A stretch of DNA of 64,000 nucleotides from the human T2T-CHM13v2.0 reference genome, Homo sapiens: the NCBI RefSeq assembly GCF_009914755.1, contig NC_060947.1. One strand, 5' to 3'. The notes under the pieces were generated by a model, which did no database searches, was not told the origin of the DNA, and worked only from the letters and a program-made list of their open reading frames with translations. Below, one piece after another: positions 28,026-39,429 of the stretch; the stretch's first letter is position 1; each line of letters opens with the position of its first letter. The position numbers and the translations under genes were made by a program.

Positions 28026-28469
28026 CAAACTATCAAAGCTGAAACAAAACAAAACAAACAAAAACTGTTTAAGCCATCTTCCTGTGCCTTCGCTTTGCAG
28101 ATGTCTGGCACATGCTTAAGCTGCCGAGCAGCTCCAAGGCAGCCACTGCCCCAAAGCCCTGGCCCAAGGGAGGAGGTGCGTCTCCCTGGCCCAGAGCAGC
28201 TGCTCTCTACCCCACACCTCCCCAAGCCACCCAGCTTTCTGGTTCTCCTCACTGGAGACCACCTCAGAGCTCATGCTCCTTAGGGAAAAGGGAAGCTACT
28301 CTGGGTCAGGGAGATGCACTTCCTTGCTTGGGCCAGGGCTTTGGGGCAGTGGCTGCCTTGGAGCTGCTCGGCAGCTTAAATATGTGCCAGACATCTGCAA
28401 AGTGAAGGCACAGGAAGATGGCTTAAACAGTTTTTGTTAGTTATGTTTTGTGTTAGCTTTGATAGTTTG
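28026..28469. repeat. Inverted repeat with 143-bp arms (28026-28168 and 28327-28469) and a 158-bp spacer
   Basis: Manual alignment of arm 2 to the reverse complement of arm 1: ungapped, 7 mismatches. Confidence 0.95.
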
Positions 28470-28791
28470 TATGTAAAAAAATACTGGGGTAAAATAGAAA
28501 AGCAAACGCATTTTGTAGTTTAGCACTGTTTCCATTTACAATTACATATTAGGGTTGGGGGAGTACCCTCATTTTCTTGGGCCCTGGTGCCTGGCATTTA
28601 GGGACTGCTGAATCCCACTGCCCTGACTGCCACAGCAGTGCCTGAGGGTGCTGAGGTTGGCCAGGTGGGCCTGGGTTCTAATCCATCCTGTTCACTTGCC
28701 ACTCTCCCACTCTCTGTGGGTGTCAGGGTCCTCTGTGACCTTCTTCTTGGCCCTCTTCCTGGCAGATAAGTGCTCTGGTTGTACATGGAGG

Positions 28792-28901
28792 ATGACCGAA
28801 AAAACCAATGGTGTGAAGAGCTCCCCAGCCAATAATCACAACCATCATGCACCTCCTGCCATCAAGGCCAATGGCAAAGATGACCACAGGACAAGCAGCA
28901 G
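28792..28901 (+). CDS. CNGA2: CNGA2 first coding exon (exon starts at 28766). Full CDS join(28792..28901,29095..29187,29870..30040,31102..31209,32844..32950,33451..34856), 664 aa olfactory CNG channel alpha-2
   Basis: Acceptor cttcctggcag|ATAAG; MTEKTNGVKSSPANNHNHHAPPAIKANGKDDHRTSS; donor AG|gtgagt; the six exons sum to 1995 nt. Confidence 0.96.
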
Positions 28902-29094
28902 GTGAGTCTGCATGGTATCAGGGAAGGTACAGAGGCTGCTACTTCTTCCCATCTCTGCCTCATTGTCACAGAGCAAGCAATCTTTGTCTCCAGGACAGCC
29001 TCTAAAAAGAACATGGGATTTCTAAGCATGACCCAGGAGGGGAGACAAGTCATGCCCTGAGAACCCTGGGTCAATCCTGCTCTTTTTTCTGCAG

Positions 29095-29187
29095 GCCACA
29101 CTCTGCAGCTGACGATGACACCTCCTCAGAACTGCAGAGGCTGGCAGACGTGGATGCCCCACAGCAGGGAAGGAGTGGCTTCCGCAG
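29095..29187 (+). CDS. CNGA2: CNGA2 coding exon 2
   Basis: Acceptor ttttctgcag|G; PHSAADDDTSSELQRLADVDAPQQGRSGFR; donor AG|gtgggt. Confidence 0.95.
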
Positions 29188-29869
29188 GTGGGTCCCACCA
29201 CTACCCTGCTGCTTCCCCTTCCTGTGCATGGAGCCTGTCAGGGTGGCTACCACTGCCCTCCTCTTCACGGTCCCACCAGTCCTGTCCACCAAGACCTCCA
29301 AGGAGCACTGTCACTGGTAGCCAAATTTAATTCCGTCCTCCTGAGGTCTGGGCAAACCCCAAGGCAGGCAAGCTCAGAGGGGCCAGAAGAGGCCTCCCTT
29401 CACATTTGGCTGTCTCAGCATCAGGGAGCGATATCCTTCCCGGTAGAGAGACCTAGGTAGAGGACCCAAGGCCTCTCTGTCCCAGAGTCAGAGGCTCCAT
29501 AGGGAAAGCAGGAAGCTCAGGGCAAGCTTTACTCATGATAGTTCCTGCCTTAACACCACCTCCAACTTGCCCTGAAGACCTCCTGCTTGCTCTTCGCACC
29601 ATCAACTGAGATGGCACTTCCTATAGGAAGTCTTCCCAGGACAGCAGTCTCCCCCTGGACTGCATTCAGGGTCATGCCTGAGCCCCAGCCCCCTGCCCTA
29701 TGGCCTCTACCCCAGCTTTTAGCACACGGGAAATCATGGTCTGGCCTGTTTGTAGGTTTCACTGTCCTTCTTTCATCTTCCTTAGCAGACAGTGAGCTCT
29801 TGGGGACTGGTGCTTTCTGAACAGCATGAGTCTTGGCTCTGGCTCATACTCTTTTTCTCTCACCTCTAG

Positions 29870-30040
29870 GATAGTTCGCCTGGTGGGGATCATCAGAGAA
29901 TGGGCCAACAAGAATTTCCGAGAGGAGGAACCTAGGCCTGACTCATTCCTCGAGCGTTTTCGTGGGCCTGAACTCCAGACTGTGACCACACAGGAGGGGG
30001 ATGGCAAAGGCGACAAGGATGGCGAGGACAAAGGCACCAA
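29870..30040 (+). CDS. CNGA2: CNGA2 coding exon 3 (most of the N-terminal calmodulin-binding segment)
   Basis: Acceptor cacctctag|G; IVRLVGIIREWANKNFREEEPRPDSFLERFRGPELQ...KGT; donor AA|gtacag. Confidence 0.94.
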
Positions 30041-31101
30041 GTACAGCTGTTCAGCCTATGGGACTCAAATGGGCTTTAAGCATGCAATGGAAGAGCTCAC
30101 TGGGGTTTCTATGCTACTGCTAGGGGCTATGACAAGCCCTGCTGTAGTAAAAAGAGTGGTGGGCAAGGGTGATTTGCAATGTTTTCACCTCCAGAATATT
30201 TCCATTGTTTCCCCAACAGCCAGTGGCCTACTTGCCATGAGAACCTCTGGTGTCTTTTCTCGCCTTAGTTGCCTCTTGCCAGATGTCCTCTTGCTGCACA
30301 TGAATGTATAGCCCAGTTCCAGTGGTCAGGAAATACTGAGAGGGTGCATTCAGGGAGTGCCCTGGAGGGGATGCCAATCTCATCTCCACTGTGGGCAAGG
30401 AAGTGGGTCTTTGAAGAGATCATGTAGAGGGCTGGAGGAGAAGCGCTGAATGATGGAGCAGGATAGCATGGGGAGGGCAGAGAAGGCAGAGCTGGAGGGT
30501 TTGTCTTTTGAGGAATGAGAAGGCAACTGCAGATGTCTGGCCAAGCTGACATTCCCCACCTCTGGCTAGTGGAGAGAAAGCAGGACACAACATCCCTTGT
30601 CAAAGCAGGACACAACATCTGGGGAAGTGATTTGGAGGCTGGAGGCCAATGACCAAAAAGGGAGGGTGAGGTGGGCAGGAAGCTCATGGTGCTCACTCAC
30701 CTGGAGCACCTCTCTCTAGGGAGGGATGTGGGAATAGGCCTAAGCCCCAATTATCATCCTGTGGAAATCCCTTCCCAGGCCCTGAGACCCACCACTACTG
30801 AAAGCTCTGCCCCTTGACATGCCCTCTGGGCAAGGGGCCTGTAACGTGCATGGGAACCAATGGACCTATCTAGGTTCAGAATGAGAAGATGGGTGCCCCC
30901 GCCCATCTGAGTTCCACTCAGATGTCCAGTACCAGGTTGTAGTTCCCTGAAAAATGTGGCCCTCAGCCAACCCATCTTTCACCCCACATATACCCTTCGG
31001 CAGTGCTTTTGCTTTCTCAGGCACTTCTGGTTTCTGGGAGCTGGGGTGCTATCACACTGGGGGACCTGATCCCCAAACCTTGCCTTTGTCTGTCTTCTCA
31101 G

Positions 31102-31209
31102 GAAGAAATTTGAACTATTTGTCTTGGACCCAGCTGGGGATTGGTACTACTGCTGGCTATTTGTCATTGCCATGCCCGTCCTTTACAACTGGTGCCTGCT
31201 GGTGGCCAG
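31102..31209 (+). CDS. CNGA2: CNGA2 coding exon 4 (S1)
   Basis: Acceptor tcttctcag|G; [35 protein letters not shown]; donor AG|gtgagc. Confidence 0.95.
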
Positions 31210-32843
31210 GTGAGCAGGGTGGGGCCCAGGAGGGGTGGCCAAAGCAACCCAGTCTTCAGACCCCGGGATTGACGGCGCAGCAGTCCCTGGATACCAATGG
31301 CACCTCCAACTTCTCTGTTAACCCCAACCCTCTCCCCATTTAATATGCCATGAAGATTTCTTGTCTGTCCTGTGTCTGGGACAACTACAGTGGTTCCACA
31401 CACCTAGGGTGCATCCTCCACATTTGCAACAAACATGCTTGATAGCAAACTAGGATTTGGTGATGCCATTCCCTCCTCACAAACCCTTAAGTGGCTCCCC
31501 ATTGTCCACAGGAGGAAGTTCAAGGTCTAAGCATGGCCTTCAAACTCCTCTGGACCTGACCTTTTTCTCTTGCTACACCTTCTGGATACACCCCAGCCCC
31601 AGCATTCACCACTCTTGGATCAGAACATGCTGTTTCCTCTAGAGAAAATTCCCTTTCCCTTCCATTTTCCACCTATGGAGATTCTTCTCCTTGCAGGCTA
31701 AGTTCAAAAGCCACTATCTACATGTAGCTTTCCTTGGCAGCATTCCCCATCCTACTCCGTCCCAATCCCAGTCATTCATTCAGCAAGGATTTGACTGAGC
31801 ACCTCATGTGTGCTCAGTGCTGGGGATAATGTGATGAGCACAACAACCATGGTCTCTGCTCTCCTGGAGCTCTCAGGCTAGTGGCGGACAGTGACTGTAA
31901 ACCTGAAATGAAACAAATGACCAGAATGATGCCAGGGCCTGGTGGCTAGAGAAAGGGCAGTCAGGATCAGCGTCTCTGAGGAGGTGATGCCTTAGCTCGT
32001 GGGAGGGAGGCAGCCAATTAGATACTTGAGGATGGTGGAGGGAGCATTCTGGGCAGAAGAAACAGCAAGTATGAAAACCCTGTCTCGGGATGGCCTAGTG
32101 TGGCTGGAGGCTGTGAGTGAGCCATCACTGGCATGGGCCAGCTCTGCAGTCTCAGTGGGAAGGGGAGGGGGCTGGAGTTTGAGTCTGAATGTGACCAAGT
32201 AGTCAGACTTAACGGCTCTCCCCTTTGACTAGTACACTCACTGGACAATCATCCTGGGCTGTGTCCCTGACTCTGCTCTCTCCCCAGTCCTCTCCCTACT
32301 CAGTTGCCAAATCCTGCCACTTCCTTTTAAAAAGTTCTGCAACCTCCAAACTTTCTCCATTCCCACTACTATTCTCCCTCTCACGTGTATTGGCTAGTGC
32401 TGTTTATTGGGTGCTGAATAAGATGTATGTTGAAGAGATGAGCATGGAGATGGTTCAGTTGTGTGCTGTAGTTTATTCTTCCAATGACTTGTTCATTCAT
32501 TCAACTCACAGCCATTGAGTGCTCAAATCCTGTTGCCCTAGGTCAGGCATGGGGCATGCCGTAATGACTAAGAGGGGTCCCTGCCTTCCTGGAGCTCACA
32601 GTTCAGAGGGTGAGACAGAAAATTAATGGTTAGTGGTGCTGTCTATGTAGTGATGTTATGTAATGAGGAGGGGTGGGGCAGAAGTTACTTGTAGATAAAT
32701 ATCTCTTGGCATCAGGCTGACTGTGACTAAATGATGCCCCTGGTAGCCATCCCAAGCCCTGCACACAGTGAACACTCAGTTTGGGGCCTCCAAGGGACCT
32801 TTGGCTGGCTTTGGGGGTGAAGCTTAGCCCTGTCCTCCCGCAG

Positions 32844-32950
32844 AGCCTGCTTCAGTGACCTACAGAAAGGCTACTACCTGGTGTGGCTGGTGCTGGATTA
32901 TGTCTCAGATGTGGTCTACATTGCGGACCTCTTCATCCGATTGCGCACAG
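32844..32950 (+). CDS. CNGA2: CNGA2 coding exon 5 (S2)
   Basis: Acceptor ctcccgcag|A; [35 protein letters not shown]; donor G|gtcagt. Confidence 0.95.
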
Positions 32951-33232
32951 GTCAGTGAGCAACTGGGATGCAGGTAAATCCGAAGGCCTGAGTCCAAATT
33001 TTTAGGAAGCCCACTGGACATGGTGTTGGACTAAATTGCTTGGGTGGGACTCTGGTAGGTGAGTACCCTTCTTTGAACCTCATGGTCCCACATGCATAGA
33101 GAGGTTTTGATCTGGGGGTGTTCTCTTAGAGTCCTTCTGGCCAGCCCTGGTATGTGAGCTATATCCTTCCTTGGGAAGGAAGTTTCAGTGAGCAGTAGTT
33201 TCCTTGCCTAGAGATATTAGCCTATAGGGAAG

Positions 33233-33322
33233 GATATATATATATATATGTATATGTATATATATATGTATATATATACATATATATGTGTATATATATA
33301 TACACATATATATGTATATATA

Positions 33323-33390
<68 letters not shown>

Positions 33391-33408
33391 TATATATACA
33401 TATATATA
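33233..33408. repeat. Compound (TA)n/(TG)n/(CA)n microsatellite in the last CNGA2 intron
   Basis: About 175 bp of alternating purine-pyrimidine sequence including (TA)22 at 33335-33378. Confidence 0.95.
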
Positions 33409-33450
33409 CCCTGAGGGCAGAGATGACATGCTGGCTTTCATCTCTACTAG

Positions 33451-34856
33451 GTTTCCTGGAGCAGGGGCTGCTGGTCAAAGATACCAAGAAACTGCGAGAC
33501 AACTACATCCACACCCTGCAGTTCAAGCTGGATGTGGCTTCCATCATCCCCACTGACCTGATCTATTTTGCTGTGGACATCCACAGCCCTGAGGTGCGCT
33601 TCAACCGCCTGCTGCACTTTGCCCGCATGTTTGAGTTCTTTGACCGGACAGAGACACGCACCAACTACCCTAACATCTTCCGCATCAGCAACCTTGTCCT
33701 CTACATCTTGGTCATCATCCACTGGAATGCCTGCATCTATTATGCCATCTCCAAATCCATAGGCTTTGGGGTCGACACCTGGGTTTACCCAAACATCACT
33801 GACCCTGAGTATGGCTACCTGGCTAGGGAATACATCTATTGCCTTTACTGGTCCACACTGACTCTCACTACCATTGGGGAGACACCACCCCCTGTAAAGG
33901 ATGAGGAGTACCTATTTGTCATCTTTGACTTCCTGATTGGCGTCCTCATCTTTGCCACCATCGTGGGAAATGTGGGCTCCATGATCTCCAACATGAATGC
34001 CACCCGGGCAGAGTTCCAGGCTAAGATCGATGCCGTGAAACACTACATGCAGTTCCGAAAGGTCAGCAAGGGGATGGAAGCCAAGGTCATTAGGTGGTTT
34101 GACTACTTGTGGACCAATAAGAAGACAGTGGATGAGCGAGAAATTCTCAAGAATCTGCCAGCCAAGCTCAGGGCTGAGATAGCCATCAATGTCCACTTGT
34201 CCACACTCAAGAAAGTGCGCATCTTCCATGATTGTGAGGCTGGCCTGCTGGTAGAGCTGGTACTGAAACTCCGTCCTCAGGTCTTCAGTCCTGGGGATTA
34301 CATTTGCCGCAAAGGGGACATCGGCAAGGAGATGTACATCATTAAGGAGGGCAAACTGGCAGTGGTGGCTGATGATGGTGTGACTCAGTATGCTCTGCTG
34401 TCGGCTGGAAGCTGCTTTGGCGAGATCAGTATCCTTAACATTAAGGGCAGTAAAATGGGCAATCGACGCACAGCTAATATCCGCAGCCTGGGCTACTCAG
34501 ATCTCTTCTGCTTGTCCAAGGATGATCTTATGGAAGCTGTGACTGAGTACCCTGATGCCAAGAAAGTCCTAGAAGAGAGGGGTCGGGAGATCCTCATGAA
34601 GGAGGGACTGCTGGATGAGAACGAAGTGGCAACCAGCATGGAGGTCGACGTGCAGGAGAAGCTAGGGCAGCTGGAGACCAACATGGAAACCTTGTACACT
34701 CGCTTTGGCCGCCTGCTGGCTGAGTACACGGGGGCCCAGCAGAAGCTCAAGCAGCGCATCACAGTTCTGGAAACCAAGATGAAACAGAACAATGAAGATG
34801 ACTACCTGTCTGATGGGATGAACAGCCCTGAGCTGGCTGCTGCTGACGAGCCATAA
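33451..34856 (+). CDS. CNGA2: CNGA2 terminal coding exon (S3-S6, pore TIGETPPP, C-linker, cyclic-nucleotide-binding domain, leucine zipper)
   Basis: Acceptor tctctactag|GT; GFLEQGLLV...[12 protein letters not shown]...[24 protein letters not shown]...AADEP then TAA. Confidence 0.98.
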
Positions 34857-35735
34857 GACCTGGGGCCCAACTGCCTCTCCAGCATTGGCCTTGGCCTTGA
34901 TCCCAGAAGCTAGAGGAGCTATTTAGATCTCCGGATTTACATGCATTACCCTCATGTTCCCTGAATTCTCCCAAAAGCCTCTCTGACCCTGGGTTTTTGG
35001 CCTAAACATCCAAGATTCCGCCTCCAAGTTTAGCCCAAGTTTGTGGAGAGTACAGACTGCGTTGGCTGGGCTTCCGAGAGCTTCGGCCTGCCTAAGTCTG
35101 AGGAAGGGAGAAGGGGGCAGCTGTCTGCCAGGAGTCTGGCTCTTTTGCTCATAGCGACTCCTCCCTTGGTTCTGGCCCCCGCTTTTTCTAACATGTCTTC
35201 TGAATGCTTCCTTTTTCCCTGCACACGCATGTACTTCGAGCACCGACTATAGACATTTAGATCAGGTACCCAGTGTCTGTCTCCCACGACAGGCCAAGGG
35301 ATGTGATAGTGTTGTTGGGAGGGGGTAGAAGGGTGCCCACTCAGGGTTATTCCTCCCCCATCAGATGCTCCAGCTCCTGCTCTGTAGATTGATCTGTCTG
35401 TCTGCTAGCCAGGATGGGATCTCTGCAGTCTTCTGTGGACCAAGGAGATAGACCCGGCTTCTGGTCCATTCCAGGGCAGGGAGTAAGGAGCAAGGCAACT
35501 GGCATTTGTCCACCTGGAGACAGAGGTAGCTGGCAGCTCTGGCCATCCCTCCCCTATGAAGAGCATTCCTAAAGAGGCCCTGAAAACTGCTGGTGGTGGG
35601 GAGACTCTTCAAGTTAATATCTGCATTAGAGGCACCTATGAGTTAAAAAATTCCTTTGAACTATCTGTGGTTATTGCTCAACTCTGCTGTTCACATTCTC
35701 TCCCTCCCTTCATTAATCCCTCTCTTTTCACCATA

Positions 35736-36045
35736 TGGTTGTCCCTCAGTATTCATCAGGGATTGCTTTCAGGAGTCCCCATGGATACCAAAATTTGTGG
35801 ATGTTCAAGTCCCTGATACAAAATGACGTCGTATTTGAATATAACCTATGCACATCCTCCCATACTTTAAGTCATCTCTCGATTATTTGTAACACCTAAT
35901 ACAATGTCAGTGCTATGTAAATAGCTGTTATATTGTATCTTTTCTTTGTATTATTTTGATCTGTTATTTTTTTCCTGCATATTTTTAATCTGCCATTGGT
36001 TGAACCTGCAGATGTGAAACGCAAGGATATGAAGGAAAGACTACT
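35736..36045. mobile_element. MER2-like (TcMar-Tigger) DNA transposon downstream of the CNGA2 stop
   Basis: gttgtccctcagtat...ggataccaaaat...ggatgttcaagtccctgatacaaaatg...aacctatgcacatcctcc...ttggttgaacctgcagatgtg. Confidence 0.75.
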
Positions 36046-36669
36046 TTTCTTTGCCCCTATCCAGAACTCTTTCGGTCTGAAATACACTCTCCCACCTCTC
36101 CCTGCCTGCCTAAGCCTTATGGGTCCTTCAGGGCTTACCTCAGGCACCACGTTCTCGCAGAAGGCCCACTTGACTGCAACCACTCCCACACTAGTCAATT
36201 ATCTCCTCTGTAGGCTCCCACAGCGCAGAGCCTCTCTGTCCTGGTTTTGTAATGTGCGGTCAGTTTTAGTGGACTTGGTTTCCCCTCCTGACTGTGGACA
36301 AGGCCAAGACAGTCTACCTCATGTGTCTATTTGCAGCCTCAGTGACATAGCTGGCACTGAGGAGCATTCAGAGAACATTTATTCATTGGGGGAGTAAGTG
36401 AACAAATGAATGAGTGAATGAATGGATGAATGAGCAAAGAAACACAGCGGACCAAAACTCTCATGCTTCTCCCTGACAGCAGTCATGCCTTGACAGAAGC
36501 ATTGGCTCTGCTGGGGGAGTTGGGAAAGATCTCCTGGAGTATCAGGTCTTTCAGCTGGGCATTCTAACACGATCAGGAGCCTAAAGGAAAAGTACTAATT
36601 AGTGGGCAAGAAAATCCAGGTGCAGACTCAGAGGCCTTCCTGTTCACATGCACACCACTTATTTATTCA

Positions 36670-37712
36670 TGTATTTCTTGTGGTGAAATACACATAAAAT
36701 TTACCATCGTAATCACTTGTAAGTGTACAGTTCAGTAGTGTTAAGTATATTCACATTTTTATGAAAACAATCTTGAGAATTTTTCACCTTGCAAAACTGA
36801 AACTTTGTCCCCAGTAAAAATTCCCCATTGCTCCTTCTACCCAGCCCCTGGAAGCAACCATTCTACTTTCTGTCTCTATAAATTTAACTTCTCTAGGGAC
36901 CTCATATAAGTGCTATCATACAGTATTTGTCCTTTGTGTCTGGCTTATTTTACTCAGCACAACATCCTCAAGACTAATCCATGTTGTAGCATGTGTCAGA
37001 ATTTCTTTCCTTTTTAAGGCCAGATAATATTTGATTGTATAGATCACCACATTTTGCTTAGTCATTCATTTCTTGATGAACACCTGGGTCGTTTCCACCA
37101 TTTGACTATGGTGAATATTCCTGTATCCATGAGTATACAAATAGCTCTTTGAGACCCCGTTTTCAGTTTTTTGGGCATATACTCAGAAATGAAATTGCTG
37201 GATCACTTAGTAATTCTATTTTTAATTGTTTGAAGAACCATTTTCTTTTCTGTGTGTCACCAAAACAGTGACATCATTTTACATTCCTACCAGCAATGCA
37301 CAAGGGTTCCAATTTCTCTACATTCTCCCCATCACTTAGTTTCTGTGTTTTTTGTAGCTATCCTAATGGGTGTCAGGTGAATCTTACTGTTGCTTTGATT
37401 TTCATTTCTCTAATGAGTGGTGATTTTGAGCATATTTTCACAAGCTTATTGGCCGTTTGTATATCTTTTTTGGAGAAATGTCTATTCAAGTTCTTTGGCT
37501 ATTTTTTAATTGGAGTGTCAAGTTGTAGAAGTTCTTTATATATTCTGGATATTAAACCCTTATCAGCTATGATTTGTAACTATTTTCCTTACTGTCTACG
37601 TTGCTTTTCTACGGTGTGACCATGTGGATTGTGCCCCTTGGTATGCAGAAGTGTTTAATTTTGTTGTAATTCAATTCATCTGCTTTTGCTTCTGTTGCCT
37701 GTGCTTTTGGCA
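36670..37712 (-). mobile_element. L1MB-like 3' region
   Basis: tgtggtgaaatacacataaaatttaccatc...aagtgtacagttcagtagtgttaagtatattcaca...tttggagaaatgtctattcaag. Confidence 0.8.
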
Positions 37713-38478
37713 TTACCATTCCTTTTTATGTGGATTCATCCTTCTGGCCAGGCTTCTTTTACATTTAGTGTAGTTTCTTGACCTCTTCCCTAGCTTAGAG
37801 GAAGAAACCTTAACCAGGGGAAGACTCACCTGGACGGATCTGTAACATGACACATGCCTAGGTCCTGGTCCCTGAAAGTTGCAGAAGGAGAGAGATGCAT
37901 TCATGATGGAGCAGTGCTTTGTGTACACCCCCCTTTGGGTATTGGGCTTGGAGAAAAAGCTCTAAACCCCTTTGCCTCAAGAGAACCCCACGCAACAGGA
38001 GGAGTCTTTGGAGACCTAGCCAGCTCCTTGCCAATAACCTCATTGCTAAGGTTGCACTGAGTTCAGTTTTTACCGTGTCTTGGAACCAGGACAAAATGTA
38101 ATTTTTGCAGGCGTAAGATGGTACTGGGGCCAGAAACAGGGGGATGACTGCATTGAAATTTTTTGCCTTGATTTCAGCAAGAAATCTGCAGTGTTCTCCC
38201 TGGAGCCTGGTTCACCATCAGCCCAGCCCCAACAGGTGCCTGATTTCCAGCCCACATCATGGGATGGACATTGTGTCTTGGATTTGGTTTTCCCCAGGGC
38301 AAGGCAGGCACCTTCTCTGGACCACATGGGGAGCTCATTGGTTCAAGACACAGACTCCAGGGCTCAGCTCCCACCCTCTTCCAGTTTTCTTTTCCCCAGA
38401 TATCCTTGGGCCCACTCTCTCATAACTTTTTGCCATGTCTCGAATGTCTATGTTCTCTTCAGCTTTCAGGTATTTTCT

Positions 38479-39429
38479 TTTATTTTTTAAATAAAATTAA
38501 ATCCAAATTTTATTAAGGATTTCAAGTTACATACTTCAAATTTCTACAATGGAATGGAATCATTTTGGAACTGGAAAAGTGGCATAAACACTGACATCCC
38601 TTGAAACTACAATTTTATAAAGAAAATTCTGCAAACCACATCCCCATTATGTAACAAGACTAGGCATTATCTACACCTTCACTTTGGCAATAGCTATTTC
38701 CCAAAATAATGAAAAAGGTGATTTTGCTACTTCAGTTCATTAAAAACGGGATTCTATCTTTAAGGTTCAGAAAAAGCTGCATTTAGATGAACTATGGTTA
38801 CCCGCTCCCCCCACCCCCCAAAAAAAAGAGAGCACAGAGTGTCTAAGCAAAGCAAAGGAAGTCATTTTGAAAATAAAGAGAGAAAAGCTATTATAATTGG
38901 TTAAGGATTTCCAGTAGTAAGTGAAAATCTCAGGAGAGGAATGGATAGCACTACAAACAATGTGTTCACATTCCAAGTCCTTAACACTAACTTTCTCTGT
39001 TCTGGATCTGGGCAAGCAGCACTCTGTTAGATCTTTGCGTGGCTCCTAATTTTATAGAAGTGGATGGATGCACTATTTCACAAGGTCTAAGAGTTTTTTT
39101 CAGATATTTTTGATGACTGTACTGTAGTAAATACTATAGGGATAGCACTATAGTATTGTAGTCATGAGACTAAAGTGGAAAAAAGACTATTTTTGACAAA
39201 AGATGCCATTAAATTTCAGACTATAGAGCCACATTTACAATATCTCAGGCTAATTACTGTTAATTTTGGGGTTGAACTTTTTTTTTTTTTTGACAACAGC
39301 GAGGGTGGACTATTGGATTGTCATTAGAGGAAGGTCTAGATTTCCTGCTCTTAATAAAATTACATTGAATTCATTTTTAGAGGTGATGAAAACTTCCTTT
39401 TTGAGAAGTTAGTGTTCAGGTCTTGGAAT
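38479..39429 (-). pseudogene. 5'-truncated, 5'-inverted processed retrocopy of a 3' UTR (probably NAP1L1)
   Basis: 17-bp TSD gctttcaggtattttct at 38462-38478 and 39430-39446; poly(A) remnant and AATAAA on the - strand (38509-38514); inversion junction at about 38995; parent gene assigned from recall only. Confidence 0.75.

Noticed and set aside
30577-30619. 18-bp direct repeat aaagcaggacacaacatc (period 25), and a 16-bp repeat cccaggggctctgggg at about 5158 and 5248
   Set aside because: Only two copies each; ordinary micro-duplications with no array or spacer structure
33288-33450. N-terminal MYIYIHIY... extension of the 522-aa ORF
   Set aside because: It is a translation of the intronic microsatellite; the true exon starts at 33451 after tctctactag
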